A stretch of DNA of 60,926 bases, counting the filler. It is 4 parts of 4 records of this genome, joined end to end, with 100 filler letters (N's around TTAATTAATTAA, not from the genome) between each part and the next. Parts side by side here need not be neighbours in the genome. Positions count along the whole stretch, not along the records: positions 34,259 to 56,241 come from SRR20825010_2195; positions 56,342 to 60,926 come from SRR20825010_2198; 2 more parts are not named here. One strand, 5' to 3'. Below, in pieces: positions 49,119 to 58,943 of this stretch (the stretch's first letter is position 1; the number at the start of each line of letters is the position of its first letter). Below the pieces are notes generated by a model. That model was not told where the DNA came from and did no database searches. It worked only from the letters and a program-made list of their open reading frames with translations. Both the position numbers and the translations under genes were made by a program.

Positions 49119-50270
49119 ATGTTTAGTAAATCAAGTCGAACCGCCGCTTTCTTTGCGGCAACGCTCGTCGCCGCATCGGCATCCATCGCTACTGCCGTTG
49201 AGCCGGTGAAATTGCGCTGGGCATCTGACCATCCTGGCCCGCCGCACCCGGCCGGAATCGCCGAAGTTTACTTTGCCGAACAAGTAGAAAAAAAGATTCC
49301 CGGCAGCAAAGTGCAGATTTTCTGGGCGAAATCGCTCTACACGATCCCGCAAGGTGTCAAGGCGCTGACGCAGGGCAATCTTGAGGTTCTCACCGGCCAA
49401 TTCGGCAAGACATCGAGCATTGAGCCCTTGGCGAATGTGGTTCTGGGCGCCGGAAAGCTCTCCACGGTCGGGGCTATCGACTCTATTCACAAGACCAAGA
49501 CATTTCAGGATCTAGCGGCGCATTTCGACAAGGTGCACGACATCCGCTTCATGGGCGCCGGTCACATGAGCATGTACATGGGCGCCGGTGCCGTGGAAGG
49601 GCGCCTGATCGCTCCGTCTGATTTCGCCGGTAAGAAAATGCGCTCCATGGGGCCTGCCGAAAACGCTCTGCTAGGTGCGCTTGGAGCCAACCCTCAGGCG
49701 ATGTCGTTCGGGGATGTTCCGCCAGCACTGCAGACAGGTGTCATTGACGGACTGTTGACTTCGCTCGGTGGTTTCAACGCGACCAAGGAGCAGGCTCCGT
49801 ACTTCACGGTCGCCGGACTCAACGGCATCGTTGGGGACTATTACTGGTTCGGCGTTTCTAATCGTTGGTGGAGCAAGCTGTCCAAGGACCAGCAGGACGC
49901 GCTCACCGACGTCTTCCAGAACGACTTCATTCCGTTCCAGCGGGCGGTGAACTATTGCGCCGACAAGCGCACGCTCGAGAAGTTCATCACGACGGACAAA
50001 TCGGCGCCGGGCATCTACGTGATGACGCCGGAGGAATCCGCCAAGATCAAGAAGGCCGAAGGCGGCGCCACGAACGAGTGGATCAAGAGCAAGGTGAACG
50101 ATACGGGGGACAAGCTCACGGATCAGTTCACCGCAGAAGCCCAGGAGATGGTCGAGGCCAATCCGCCGGGCTCCAGCGCGCTCGAGAAGACCAACTGTGC
50201 CGATTACGAGAAGTACTTCGCGATGTACGCGAAGGGCACCGAGCTGCACGGAGCCAAAAACCGGAAATAG
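49119..50270 (+). CDS. dctP: TRAP transporter substrate-binding protein
   Basis: Signal peptide, DFAGKKMR, ALQTGVIDG; AGGAG RBS. Confidence 0.88.
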   Translation: MFSKSSRTAAFFAATLVAASASIATAVEPVKLRWASDHPGPPHPAGIAEVYFAEQVEKKIPGSKVQIFWAKSLYTIPQGVKALTQGNLEVLTGQFGKTSSIEPLANVVLGAGKLSTVGAIDSIHKTKTFQDLAAHFDKVHDIRFMGAGHMSMYMGAGAVEGRLIAPSDFAGKKMRSMGPAENALLGALGANPQAMSFGDVPPALQTGVIDGLLTSLGGFNATKEQAPYFTVAGLNGIVGDYYWFGVSNRWWSKLSKDQQDALTDVFQNDFIPFQRAVNYCADKRTLEKFITTDKSAPGIYVMTPEESAKIKKAEGGATNEWIKSKVNDTGDKLTDQFTAEAQEMVEANPPGSSALEKTNCADYEKYFAMYAKGTELHGAKNRK

Positions 50271-50348
50271 CGTTCACGCTGTCTGGAAAAAGCGAGGGGC
50301 CGCAGATGCACTGCGACCCCTCCACTCTCAAATAGGACGTTTACCGAC

Positions 50349-50900
50349 ATGGACGGTTTTCTGGCTTCCTCGCAACGCGTGAAGGATGCGGTGCAACTGG
50401 TGCTCGGCTGGATCGCGTCGGCTCTGCTGCTGGTGCTGACTATATTCGCGCTGCTGGAGATCGTGCGGCGCTATATCTTCGGGGTCGTCTTCGAATGGGG
50501 ACAGGACGGGATCATCGTCGGCATGGTTTCCGCGGTCGCGCTGTATTTCGGCGTGACCCAGATACGGCGTGGCCACCTGGTGATGAGTGCTGTCGTGCAA
50601 CTGCTGCACGCCCGGGGATACTACAGGACGATCGGTCTCCTGAAGATCTTCGTCTCGGCGGCGACCGCTCTCTTCTGCGGCGCGGTGGGGATTACCGGCT
50701 GGTCCACGTTGAGCTACGCGTGGAACCGTGACCTTACGACCTACAGCCTGCTGATCCCCCAATGGCCATTCTACCTGATCCTGATGTTCGGCTTTCTCAT
50801 GATGGCCTTCATCGCCTTCCTCCAGTTGATCGAGGACATGATCAGTTACGCGCGCGGTGAGCATCTCGACAGCGCGATCGAATTCACAACCGATGTCTGA
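50349..50900 (+). CDS. dctQ: TRAP transporter small permease
   Basis: 4 TM helices, EIVRRYIF, RRGHL. Confidence 0.85.
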   Translation: MDGFLASSQRVKDAVQLVLGWIASALLLVLTIFALLEIVRRYIFGVVFEWGQDGIIVGMVSAVALYFGVTQIRRGHLVMSAVVQLLHARGYYRTIGLLKIFVSAATALFCGAVGITGWSTLSYAWNRDLTTYSLLIPQWPFYLILMFGFLMMAFIAFLQLIEDMISYARGEHLDSAIEFTTDV

Positions 50901-50933
50901 GCGGGCATCGGGCGAAAGAGCGGAACCCACATT

Positions 50934-52217
50934 TTGATCTGGCTAGCTTCAGCGTTATTCGTACTGCTTCTCGTCGGCGTGCCCATCGGCATCTCGCTCG
51001 CGGGATCGGCCGCCATCCTGGTGATGTTCGACGATTTCCTGTCGTTCAGCACGCTGTTCGAGGCGTTCTACATCTTTGTCAGCAAATACACGCTGATCGC
51101 CATTCCGTTCTTCATCTATGCCGGCTTCCTCATGGAGAAGACCGGACTGGTCCGCGGGCTCTTCAATTTTGCGGATGCTCTGATCGGCTGGGTGCCCGGA
51201 GGCTTTGCCTACGCGACATTGTTGGCGGCGGTACTGTTCGGTGCAATTTCCGGATCGTCCACGGCGATGGCTGCCGCAATGAGCGTGATCGCCTATCCTG
51301 AGATGATCAAGCGCGGTTATCCGAAATGGATGGCGGCGGGTGTCATTGCGTCGGCGGGAGGGATCGCACTGCTGATCCCGCCGAGCATCACGCTGATCCT
51401 GTTCGGCGTGATCACCGAAGTGTCGATCGTCGATCTTTTCTTCGCCGGGGTGATTCCCGGTCTCATGCTCGCGATTAGCGATGCGATCATCATCGTTACC
51501 GTTTCGGTCTTCATCGTGAAGCTGCCGGCCGGGACATTCAGTCTCGAGCACTGCTGGAAGTCCTTCCAGGAAGCCCTGCCGGCGCTTCTGATGCCGGTTC
51601 TTGTTCTGGGCGGTCTGTACGGCGGCGTGTTCACGCCGACGGAAGCCGGGGCAGCGGCGGCTTCCTACGCGCTCGCCTACGGGGCGATCTTCAAGCGTAA
51701 GGAGTTCTTCTCCGGGCTGATGGATGTCACCCGCCGGACAATGAACCTGACAGCGATTGTGTTCTTTCTGCTGGGCTGTGTCGGGATTTTTCAGTTCTTC
51801 CTCGCCAACATGGGATGGCCGCAGGAAATCGCCGCCTGGGCAGGCGATCTCGGCCTCTCCAAATTCGCCTTCTTGTTCGCGCTTATGGCGACTTTGCTGG
51901 TTCTGTCCATGTGGCTGACCGGAGCCGCGATCCTGGTGCTGACAGTCCCGATTTATTTTCCGGTCGCGCTGTCGCTGGGCGTCGACCCCATCCATCTCGG
52001 CATTCTGACAGCCCTCTGCATCGAGATTGGAAGCGTCATTCCGCCGGTCGGTCTCAACCTCTTCGCCGTAAGCGGCGTCACGGGACTGCCCGTGACACAG
52101 GTGATCCGGGGGTCATTCCCCTTCTGTATCTCGGACACGGTCGTGCTGATCATCGTTCTGCTGTTCCCGATGCTGGCGCTGTGGCTGCCGGGATTATTGA
52201 TCACCTCCCACTTCTAG
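50934..52217 (+). CDS. dctM: TRAP transporter large permease
   Basis: LIAIPFF, AISGSS, LIPPSI, FTPTEAG, PPVGLNLF. Confidence 0.92.
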   Translation: MIWLASALFVLLLVGVPIGISLAGSAAILVMFDDFLSFSTLFEAFYIFVSKYTLIAIPFFIYAGFLMEKTGLVRGLFNFADALIGWVPGGFAYATLLAAVLFGAISGSSTAMAAAMSVIAYPEMIKRGYPKWMAAGVIASAGGIALLIPPSITLILFGVITEVSIVDLFFAGVIPGLMLAISDAIIIVTVSVFIVKLPAGTFSLEHCWKSFQEALPALLMPVLVLGGLYGGVFTPTEAGAAAASYALAYGAIFKRKEFFSGLMDVTRRTMNLTAIVFFLLGCVGIFQFFLANMGWPQEIAAWAGDLGLSKFAFLFALMATLLVLSMWLTGAAILVLTVPIYFPVALSLGVDPIHLGILTALCIEIGSVIPPVGLNLFAVSGVTGLPVTQVIRGSFPFCISDTVVLIIVLLFPMLALWLPGLLITSHF

Positions 52218-52269
52218 TACCTGGAAAACAATCGAACGGAATGCCGTTCATTTACTGAAGGAGCCAAGA

Positions 52270-53346
52270 ATGCGCGAATACACCATTGCGGCCGTCCCGG
52301 GGGATGGCATCGGCGGTGAGGTCATTGACGCCGGGACCCGTGTCCTCCATGCCGTGGCCGCGCGTGACGGAGGTTTCAGGCTGAAGGTCGAAGAATTCCC
52401 CTGGGGAACCGACTATTATTTCAAGACCGGAAAGATGATGCCGGACGATGCGCTCGACACGCTGAGAACGTTCGATGCGATCTATTTCGGATCGGCCGGC
52501 GATCCGCGCGTGCCGGACCATATCTCGCTCTGGGGCCTGCGGCTCGCGATTTGCCAGCCGTTGGATCAGTACGCCAATGTCCGCCCGGCGCGGCTCCTTC
52601 CTGGCGTCAAGGGCCCGCTGGAAGGCGTGGGACAGGAGGATCTGGACTGGGTGATCGTCCGCGAGAACTCGGAAGGTGAATATGCGGGCGTCGGCGGTCG
52701 GGCCCATACCGGCCTGCCGGAGGAAGTCGGCATGGATGTTGCCGTTTTCACGCGAACCGGGGTCGAGAGAATCCAGCGGTTCGCGCTGGATCTTGCCCGC
52801 TCCAGACCCCGCAAGAAACTCACCCTGGTGACGAAGTCCAACGCGCAGCGTCACGGAATGGTGTTCTGGGATCAGGTGTTCGAGGATGTTCGGCGTGACT
52901 ATCCGGATGTGGAAACCGACAAGATGCTGGTCGATGCCATGACGACGCGCATGGTCCTGGACCCGAAGTCTCTGGACACGATCGTCGCCACTAACCTGCA
53001 TGCGGATGTCCTGTCCGACTTGGCCGCTGCGCTGACGGGCTCGCTTGGGATTGCACCCACCGCCAATCTCCGGCCGGAACGGGACGCACCGTCCATGTTC
53101 GAGCCGATCCACGGCTCCGCGTTCGACATCATGGGCAAGGGGATAGCGAATCCGATCGGCGCGTTCTGGACGGCGTCCATGATGCTTGCTCATCTCGGTG
53201 AGCCGGACTCCGCGATTGCGTTGATGAATGCCGTGGAGCGGGTAACCTCGGACGGGAAGGTGCTGACGCGTGACCTCGGCGGGGACGCGACAACCGTCCA
53301 GGTGACTGACGAAGTCCTGGCGGCATTGGATGGCCGCAACGGCTAG
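52270..53346 (+). CDS. Tartrate dehydrogenase/D-malate dehydrogenase (decarboxylating)
   Basis: PGDGIG, VPDHISLWGL, RENSEGEY, TKSNAQ, MFEPIHGSAFDI. Confidence 0.9.
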   Translation: MREYTIAAVPGDGIGGEVIDAGTRVLHAVAARDGGFRLKVEEFPWGTDYYFKTGKMMPDDALDTLRTFDAIYFGSAGDPRVPDHISLWGLRLAICQPLDQYANVRPARLLPGVKGPLEGVGQEDLDWVIVRENSEGEYAGVGGRAHTGLPEEVGMDVAVFTRTGVERIQRFALDLARSRPRKKLTLVTKSNAQRHGMVFWDQVFEDVRRDYPDVETDKMLVDAMTTRMVLDPKSLDTIVATNLHADVLSDLAAALTGSLGIAPTANLRPERDAPSMFEPIHGSAFDIMGKGIANPIGAFWTASMMLAHLGEPDSAIALMNAVERVTSDGKVLTRDLGGDATTVQVTDEVLAALDGRNG

Positions 53347-53359
53347 CGCCGTAGCCGGA

Positions 53360-54199
53360 TCAGAACCGATATAGAGCCGCTGGGTTCTCGACGAGGATCC
53401 GGCGGCGCGTATCCTCTGACGGAACCGAGTTCAGGAAATCCCTGAACAGCTGTTTGGTGTCGACGTCTCTGAACGGCTGCGCCACCAGCCGCGTTTCCTG
53501 GGAGCGGTTTGCCGGCGGGTGCGGCCAGTCGCTGCCCCAAAGGAGGTGTTCCGGGTTGGCGGCGACGAATCGCATGGTCAGGGCGTGCGCGGTCTCTCTG
53601 GCGTTGGCCAAGCGGTATGCGGCCGACAGTTTCACCCAGCAAAGGCCGTCCGAAAGTCGGTCGGCGAGAAGGTCCCGCGTTTCGTCGTCCTCGGCTGACA
53701 ACAGTCCAAAATGATCAATGACCAGCGGCGTCGGCAGTTCCGTTGCACGTTCCAGAACGGCCCGGAGGTCAGCTCCCTTGAGAAGGACCTGTATGTGCCA
53801 ACCTAGACCGGCGATGCGCCGCGAGGCCGCCAATACATTTTCGGCGACGGCTTGTGGCGAGAGTGAGCTGGTGGATACATTGTTGACCCGAACTCCCGCG
53901 ACACCTTTGGCGCTCCATTCCCGAAGCTCCGCGCTCGTTTCGGTTCCTTGCAGCGTTACGACGGCCCGGGCCGTGGATCCGAACTCCTCCAAGCCATGGA
54001 AAAGGCGCCGGTTGTCTCCGTGGACACTGGCATGGACAAGCACGATCCGCTCCAGTCCCAGTTCCGCAAGCAGCTGCCGTGCCTCGGTCTCGCCGGCATC
54101 GCTCGGCGTGTAGGCGCGATTGGCCACATAAGGAAACTTGTCGGCCGGGCCAAATAGATGCGTGTGGCAATCGGTGCCTTGCTGCGGCAACTCAGTCAT
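53360..54199 (-). CDS. Amidohydrolase-2 family protein (LigI-like lactonase)
   Basis: DCHTHLFG, VIDHFG, WVKLSAAYR, WGSDWPH. Confidence 0.88.
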   Translation of the reverse strand: MTELPQQGTDCHTHLFGPADKFPYVANRAYTPSDAGETEARQLLAELGLERIVLVHASVHGDNRRLFHGLEEFGSTARAVVTLQGTETSAELREWSAKGVAGVRVNNVSTSSLSPQAVAENVLAASRRIAGLGWHIQVLLKGADLRAVLERATELPTPLVIDHFGLLSAEDDETRDLLADRLSDGLCWVKLSAAYRLANARETAHALTMRFVAANPEHLLWGSDWPHPPANRSQETRLVAQPFRDVDTKQLFRDFLNSVPSEDTRRRILVENPAALYRF

Positions 54200-54356
54200 G
54201 GACTCTTGTACACCCCGACTTCTGACAACACTGAATGTAATTGAAGGGCAAATCCTGCCCCAAAGCTACCGTGCATCCTGAATTCGTGAGCGCCCGCTCC
54301 CCACCCTGCAGAGCCTGATGGCGTATTCGGCCGACGATTGCAAAGGTGGCCGTTCA

Positions 54357-54821
54357 TCAATCGGGCTTCATCGTACCGTCTTGAAGGGCGTCCTTTAACC
54401 CAGTTGGGTAGAGTTCAAGCCCACCACAGTCCAGCGTGTTCACATCGAACCAGGATGCGCGACAGGGCGTTCCATTATCTTCCAAATATTCTATCGGACC
54501 GTCATGAATATAGGCGTCATCGGGGAAGGTAATGTTGGACACAAATGCAACCTCATGCCCAACGACACCGTGATGAGTATAGATATTTTCCAGGATCACC
54601 GGGGTTCCAATGATTTGAACCGACACCCCGAGTTCTTCATCAAATTCCCGCACCAGCGCATCCCGCCAGCTCTCGCCAAATTCCAGCCGTCCGCCAAGCG
54701 GTCGCACGCCTTTGATACTGCCATCGTCATTTTGTATCTCACTGGCCAAGAGGAGACCGTTCCGCCACACGAGGCCGAGTGCTTTGACTTCAATAGTTTG
54801 TGACGGGCGCCAAGTTTGCAT
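54357..54821 (-). CDS. NUDIX hydrolase
   Basis: GGRLEFGESWRDALVREFDEELG Nudix box; lower GC than flanks. Confidence 0.9.
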   Translation of the reverse strand: MQTWRPSQTIEVKALGLVWRNGLLLASEIQNDDGSIKGVRPLGGRLEFGESWRDALVREFDEELGVSVQIIGTPVILENIYTHHGVVGHEVAFVSNITFPDDAYIHDGPIEYLEDNGTPCRASWFDVNTLDCGGLELYPTGLKDALQDGTMKPD

Positions 54822-54873
54822 TGATAGGGCGTAGAAAAGAAACGTGGTGGATGCAAGTACAGAGTGAGGCGGT

Positions 54874-55671
54874 TCAGGTGCTCTCGGCGATCTTTCTCAA
54901 AATATCAGCGGAGCTTTCATTCGCTGGGAAAAATGCCTCGATGGCGAGTTCGGAGAGGGTGATGTCGATGGGGGTGCCGAAGACCGTCACCGTGCTGAAC
55001 ATGGAGAGCAGTCCCGCCGGTGTTTCGAGCTGCAGCGGTATGGCGACGCTGCCGTAATCGGTTTGCCGTGCAGGCGGGGTGGAGGTGTGGGCGGGGTAGC
55101 TTTCCAGCTCGTTCATCAACGTGATCAGGGTCGCATCCGCGCTCGCTTCGATCTGCTGGCGCAGGCGGTGCAGCAGGTGATGGCGCCATTCAGGCAGGTT
55201 CCGGATCTGTGGTGCCAGCCCGTCCGGATGCAGGGCGATGCGGAGCACATTCACCGGCGGCTCCAGCAAGACCGGTGCGACAGTTGCCAGAAGCGGGCCG
55301 ATCATCCGGTTGGCGCTGACCAGTGTCCAGTGCCGGTCAACGGCGACGGCGGGGAAGGGCTCATGTCCCGTCAGCACCAGATCGACAGCCTTGCGGGCGG
55401 CGGCGAGGGACGGATCGTCCAGCGGTCTGGCCGGGAAATGCGGGGCGTATCCGGCGGCAAGCAACAGGATGTTCTGTTCGCGCGGCGGCACCGCGAGCCG
55501 GTCCGAGAGATGCAGGATCATCTCGCGGCTCGGCTGGGCCCGTCCGGTTTCGACAAAGCTCAGATGCTTGGAGGAAATATCGGCCTCCAACGCAAGGTCG
55601 AGCTGGCTCATCCGGCGGCGCTGGCGCCAGCCTCGGAGCTGGGCGCCGACGGGCATGGTCTGCTGGTTCAT
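54874..55671 (-). CDS. XRE-HTH regulator with MmyB-like ligand-binding domain
   Basis: LRGWRQRRRMSQLDLA..HLSFVETGRAQPS, HEPFPA, ELAIEAFFPA. Confidence 0.9.
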   Translation of the reverse strand: MNQQTMPVGAQLRGWRQRRRMSQLDLALEADISSKHLSFVETGRAQPSREMILHLSDRLAVPPREQNILLLAAGYAPHFPARPLDDPSLAAARKAVDLVLTGHEPFPAVAVDRHWTLVSANRMIGPLLATVAPVLLEPPVNVLRIALHPDGLAPQIRNLPEWRHHLLHRLRQQIEASADATLITLMNELESYPAHTSTPPARQTDYGSVAIPLQLETPAGLLSMFSTVTVFGTPIDITLSELAIEAFFPANESSADILRKIAEST

Positions 55672-55703
55672 GAGGCGAGCTTAGAAGCGGGCGGGCGTCG
55701 AAA

Positions 55704-55724
55704 CAATTACCTCGCAGTTAATTG
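55704..55724. promoter_or_regulatory. Palindromic candidate operator of the XRE/MmyB-like regulator
   Basis: CAATTAcctcgcagtTAATTG in the divergent intergenic region. Confidence 0.6.
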
Positions 55725-55804
55725 AGAAGCGGCTCCGGCTGGCCCACGGTCCGCCCGACGCGCCGGCACGCTCTGCCGGAGCGATCGGAAAAAGGAGCCT
55801 GATC

Positions 55805-56215
55805 ATGAAAGCCTTGTCTTCTCCGAAAGCCTTGCGGGCGGTGCTGGTCCTGGACGCCGTGGCGAGTGCTGTTACCTGCCTCTTGTTGGTCGAGGGTGCG
55901 GGCCTGCTGGCCGTGCCTTTCGGGTTGCCGGAGCCGTTTCTCCGCAGCGCCGGGCTGGTGCTGATACCGTTCGTTCTTTTCGTCGGCTGGGCGGCGACGC
56001 GTGAGGCGCCGCCCGTGCCCGTGGTCTGGGCGATTATTGCGGCCAATGCCTTCTGGGTTGTCGCCAGCGCGGTCTTCCTGCTCGGGCCGTGGGTACAGCC
56101 GACGGCGCTGGGCACCGGTTTTGTGATCGCGCAGGCGATTGCCGTTGGACTGTTCGCCGAGTTGCAGTTCATCGCCCTTTGGCGCAGGCGCGCAGGTGTT
56201 TTCAGCGAAGCCTGA
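55805..56215 (+). CDS. Conserved-looking 4-TM membrane protein
   Basis: LRAVLVLDA, ANAFWVVAS, QAIAVGLFAELQ; AAGGAG RBS. Confidence 0.75.
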   Translation: MKALSSPKALRAVLVLDAVASAVTCLLLVEGAGLLAVPFGLPEPFLRSAGLVLIPFVLFVGWAATREAPPVPVVWAIIAANAFWVVASAVFLLGPWVQPTALGTGFVIAQAIAVGLFAELQFIALWRRRAGVFSEA

Positions 56216-56241
56216 AACGAGGTCTGAAACGAGGTCTGAAA
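56212..56241. repeat. 12-bp tandem repeat (CTGAAACGAGGT x2.5) at contig end
   Basis: Directly visible in the sequence. Confidence 0.8.
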
Positions 56242-56341
56242 NNNNNNNNNNNNNNNNNNNNNNNNNNNNNNNNNNNNNNNNNNNNTTAATTAATTAANNN
56301 NNNNNNNNNNNNNNNNNNNNNNNNNNNNNNNNNNNNNNNNN
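56242..56341. other. Artificial contig linker
   Basis: N-run with TTAATTAATTAA core. Confidence 0.98.
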
Positions 56342-56375
56342 AAGGGAGATGCTCTACCAACTGAGCTACCAAATC
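56342..56375 (-). tRNA. 5' half of a tRNA (probably Lys-TTT), truncated in the anticodon loop
   Basis: GATTTGG-TAGCTCAGTTGGTAGAGC-A-TCTCC-CTT on the minus strand. Confidence 0.75.
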
Positions 56376-56422
56376 AAAATGTTTTCTTGTTGAATTAAGG
56401 TCGTTTTCCTTAATTGCGACTG

Positions 56423-56430
56423 CAAAGGTA
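56423..56430 (-). promoter_or_regulatory. Bacteroidota -7 promoter element for the tRNA
   Basis: TACCTTTG matches TAnnTTTG. Confidence 0.55.
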
Positions 56431-56446
56431 AGAGGTAAATAATTAA

Positions 56447-57184
56447 ATGCAAGCACGAAATTTTAAAATTCTCACATTCGTTTTATTGACACTTTTTTGT
56501 CTTCAAGAAAACGTTAATTCTCAAGGGGTTACAGACGACTTAAAAATTGCGGATTCATTGTTTCAAAACAAGCTATATACACAATCGCTCACCATCTACG
56601 AAAAAATTGCACGTGAAGAACAAGCTGCATCACCTGCTATGCTGTTAAAGATGGCATTTGTGTACGAGAGTTTAGAGGATTTAGGGAATGCACTTTACAC
56701 TTTGAACAACTATTACAAACTCACTTCGGATAAAAAAGTGCTGGTCAAAATGAATGAAATGGCGCAGCAAAATAACCTAGAGGGATACTCTACAAGTGAC
56801 TTCAACCTGTTTCTAAAGTTCTTTGACGAAAACCGAAATTACTTTGTGCTGGTGTCTATTGCACTGGGCGTTCTTATTCTCAGTATGATTTTGAAAAGAA
56901 AGAAAAAGCTAGAGGAGAAATCGGCTGGACTGACCATAGGCTTGGCTTTTACGCTTTTGCTTGCCATTTATTTGCTTAATTTTTCACAACTGGCTACCAA
57001 AGGAATTATCACTTCGTCCAACGCTTATTTAATGAGTGGCCCATCGGCAGGTGCTGATTTAATCGAAATTACTGGAGAAGGCCACAAAGTAGAAATTGTT
57101 GGTCAAAAGGACATTTGGGTAGAAATCAAATGGAAAAACAGCCGGGCTTATATTAGGGAAAACAACCTTAAAGAATTGCCTTAG
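56447..57184 (+). CDS. TPR/TM/SH3 domain protein (BatE-like architecture)
   Basis: Signal peptide, ADSLF..Y TPR-like start, two TM helices, C-terminal GHKVEIVGQKDIWVEI..AYI SH3-like domain. Confidence 0.7.
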   Translation: MQARNFKILTFVLLTLFCLQENVNSQGVTDDLKIADSLFQNKLYTQSLTIYEKIAREEQAASPAMLLKMAFVYESLEDLGNALYTLNNYYKLTSDKKVLVKMNEMAQQNNLEGYSTSDFNLFLKFFDENRNYFVLVSIALGVLILSMILKRKKKLEEKSAGLTIGLAFTLLLAIYLLNFSQLATKGIITSSNAYLMSGPSAGADLIEITGEGHKVEIVGQKDIWVEIKWKNSRAYIRENNLKELP

Positions 57185-57195
57185 ATCAAACAATC

Positions 57196-57236
57196 ATCCT
57201 TGCAAATTTAAAGTGCAGTTTTAAATTTGCAAGGAT
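57196..57236. terminator. Bidirectional terminator-like hairpin
   Basis: ATCCTTGCAAATTTAAA-gtgcagt-TTTAAATTTGCAAGGAT perfect 17-bp stem between convergent genes. Confidence 0.8.
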
Positions 57237-57239
57237 CAA

Positions 57240-58457
57240 TCAACGATCCACTTCCCCCAAAACAATATCAATAGAGCCGATTACGGCCACCAAATCTGAT
57301 ATTAAACCTCCCTTTGAGAGTTCATTGATAATAGAGAGGTTCACAAAACTGGCACCTCGTGCTTTGCAACGGAATGGCACATCAGATCTTCCATCGGCAC
57401 GGAAGAAAAAGCCAGTTTCGCCCTTTGGGTTTTCGGCTCGGATGTAGAAATCTTGGGCTTTAGGTCTGATTTTCTTTGGTGCTAAGGCTCGCGGATCGAA
57501 ATCACGCGTTCTCTTGTGCTCGCCAGTGAGTTTTTCTAAGCATTGCTCAATAATCTTCACCGACTCGTAGCACTCTTGCACACGCACTGAGGTTCTGTCC
57601 CAACAATCCCCTAAGGTTCCAACTTCGCCCTTGCCTACTGGAATATCGAAGTCTATTTCTGGATAAACCGAATAGCCATCTACTTTTCGCAAATCATACT
57701 TCAAACCAGAACCACGCAGCATCGGGCCAGTGATACCATAGTTAATCGCTAAATCAACAGGCAATACGCCAACATTGGCAGTTCTGTCGATGAATATTTT
57801 ATTGTCGATGACCACCCTTTCTAGCTCCTTAATTTTGGGCTTTAAGTAGGCCGTAAACTCAAGGCATCTTTCTTCAAAGCCTACGGGTAAATCGTAAAAC
57901 AAACCACCCACCCAAATGTAATTGTAAAGCATTCTCGCACCAGAAGCCCATTCCAACAAACGAACAATATGTTCTCTGTCGCGGGTCATCCAGAAAAAGG
58001 CGGTAACGGCTCCAATGTCCATTCCGTAGGAACCCAGCGCAATAAAGTGAGAGGCCAATCGGTTCAGTTCCGCCACCAAAACCCGGATATATTCTACCCG
58101 CTTTGGAATAATTTTATCGATACCCAACATGCGCTCAACGCCCATAGCATAAGCGTGCTCGGTATTCATGGCAGCCAAATAATCCATTCGATCCACAAAA
58201 GGAATCACCTGATTATAAGGCAAATTTTCAGCATGTTTTTCGAAGCAGCGGTGTAAATAGCCCAAGTGTGGAACCACTTCAATGACCTCTTCGCCTTTGG
58301 TCAAAACCTCTAAACGAAGTACCCCGTGGGTAGAAGGGTGTTGCGGGCCAATATTGATAATCATCTCCTCTCTTTTCAAATCTTCATACTTGAATTTTTG
58401 AGGAGCCGACTTGCGCAAATTCTCCTTATCGAAGATATATTGTACCTGATTCGCCAC
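57240..58457 (-). CDS. nuoD: NADH-quinone oxidoreductase subunit D
   Basis: [38 protein letters not shown]. Confidence 0.95.
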   Translation of the reverse strand: MANQVQYIFDKENLRKSAPQKFKYEDLKREEMIINIGPQHPSTHGVLRLEVLTKGEEVIEVVPHLGYLHRCFEKHAENLPYNQVIPFVDRMDYLAAMNTEHAYAMGVERMLGIDKIIPKRVEYIRVLVAELNRLASHFIALGSYGMDIGAVTAFFWMTRDREHIVRLLEWASGARMLYNYIWVGGLFYDLPVGFEERCLEFTAYLKPKIKELERVVIDNKIFIDRTANVGVLPVDLAINYGITGPMLRGSGLKYDLRKVDGYSVYPEIDFDIPVGKGEVGTLGDCWDRTSVRVQECYESVKIIEQCLEKLTGEHKRTRDFDPRALAPKKIRPKAQDFYIRAENPKGETGFFFRADGRSDVPFRCKARGASFVNLSIINELSKGGLISDLVAVIGSIDIVLGEVDR

Positions 58458-58943
58458 TTAATATTCTACTTTAATTCCGCGATAGTATTCTTGTTCTTGG
58501 TAGTCTTTTCTGAGCGGGAAACCGTCCCAATCTGCTGGCATTAAAATCCTTCTCAAATCCGGATGATTATTGAAATGGATTCCGTACATATCGTACACTT
58601 CACGCTCTTGCCAATCGGCCGTTTTCCATAAACTACAAAGCGAATCGATGGCGAGTTTCTCTCTTGACAATTCCACCTTTACCATCAAATGATGATTGAA
58701 AGGAATAGAGTATAGGTTATAAATCATCTCCATTGTATTCGCTTCTGGGCCGTTGTCTAGGCCCGTAATACAGGAAAGAGAATCGATATAGAGTTGGTCA
58801 TCTTTCTGAAGGGAATCCATTACCTCCACCAAATTTTCGGCATTAATCATAATGGCCTTTGGCGAAGCATTTTCGTCTGTAGAAAGAATGATTTCTTCTC
58901 CTAAACTGGTCTTAATATGGTTTACAATTTGCTCGAAATTCAT
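58458..58943 (-). CDS. nuoC: NADH-quinone oxidoreductase subunit C
   Basis: ADWQEREVYDMYGIHFNNHPDLRRIL..GFPLRKDY. Confidence 0.95.
   Translation of the reverse strand: MNFEQIVNHIKTSLGEEIILSTDENASPKAIMINAENLVEVMDSLQKDDQLYIDSLSCITGLDNGPEANTMEMIYNLYSIPFNHHLMVKVELSREKLAIDSLCSLWKTADWQEREVYDMYGIHFNNHPDLRRILMPADWDGFPLRKDYQEQEYYRGIKVEY

Noticed and set aside
56212-56241. CTGAAACGAGGT repeats as a possible CRISPR edge
   Set aside because: 12-bp head-to-tail units without spacers and no cas genes; probably a simple tandem repeat or contig-end artefact
29814-56341. Thrice-repeated TTAATTAATTAA within N-runs, and the GC drop after 56341
   Set aside because: Artificial concatenation linkers; the GC shift reflects a different organism, so no cross-contig synteny or island can be inferred
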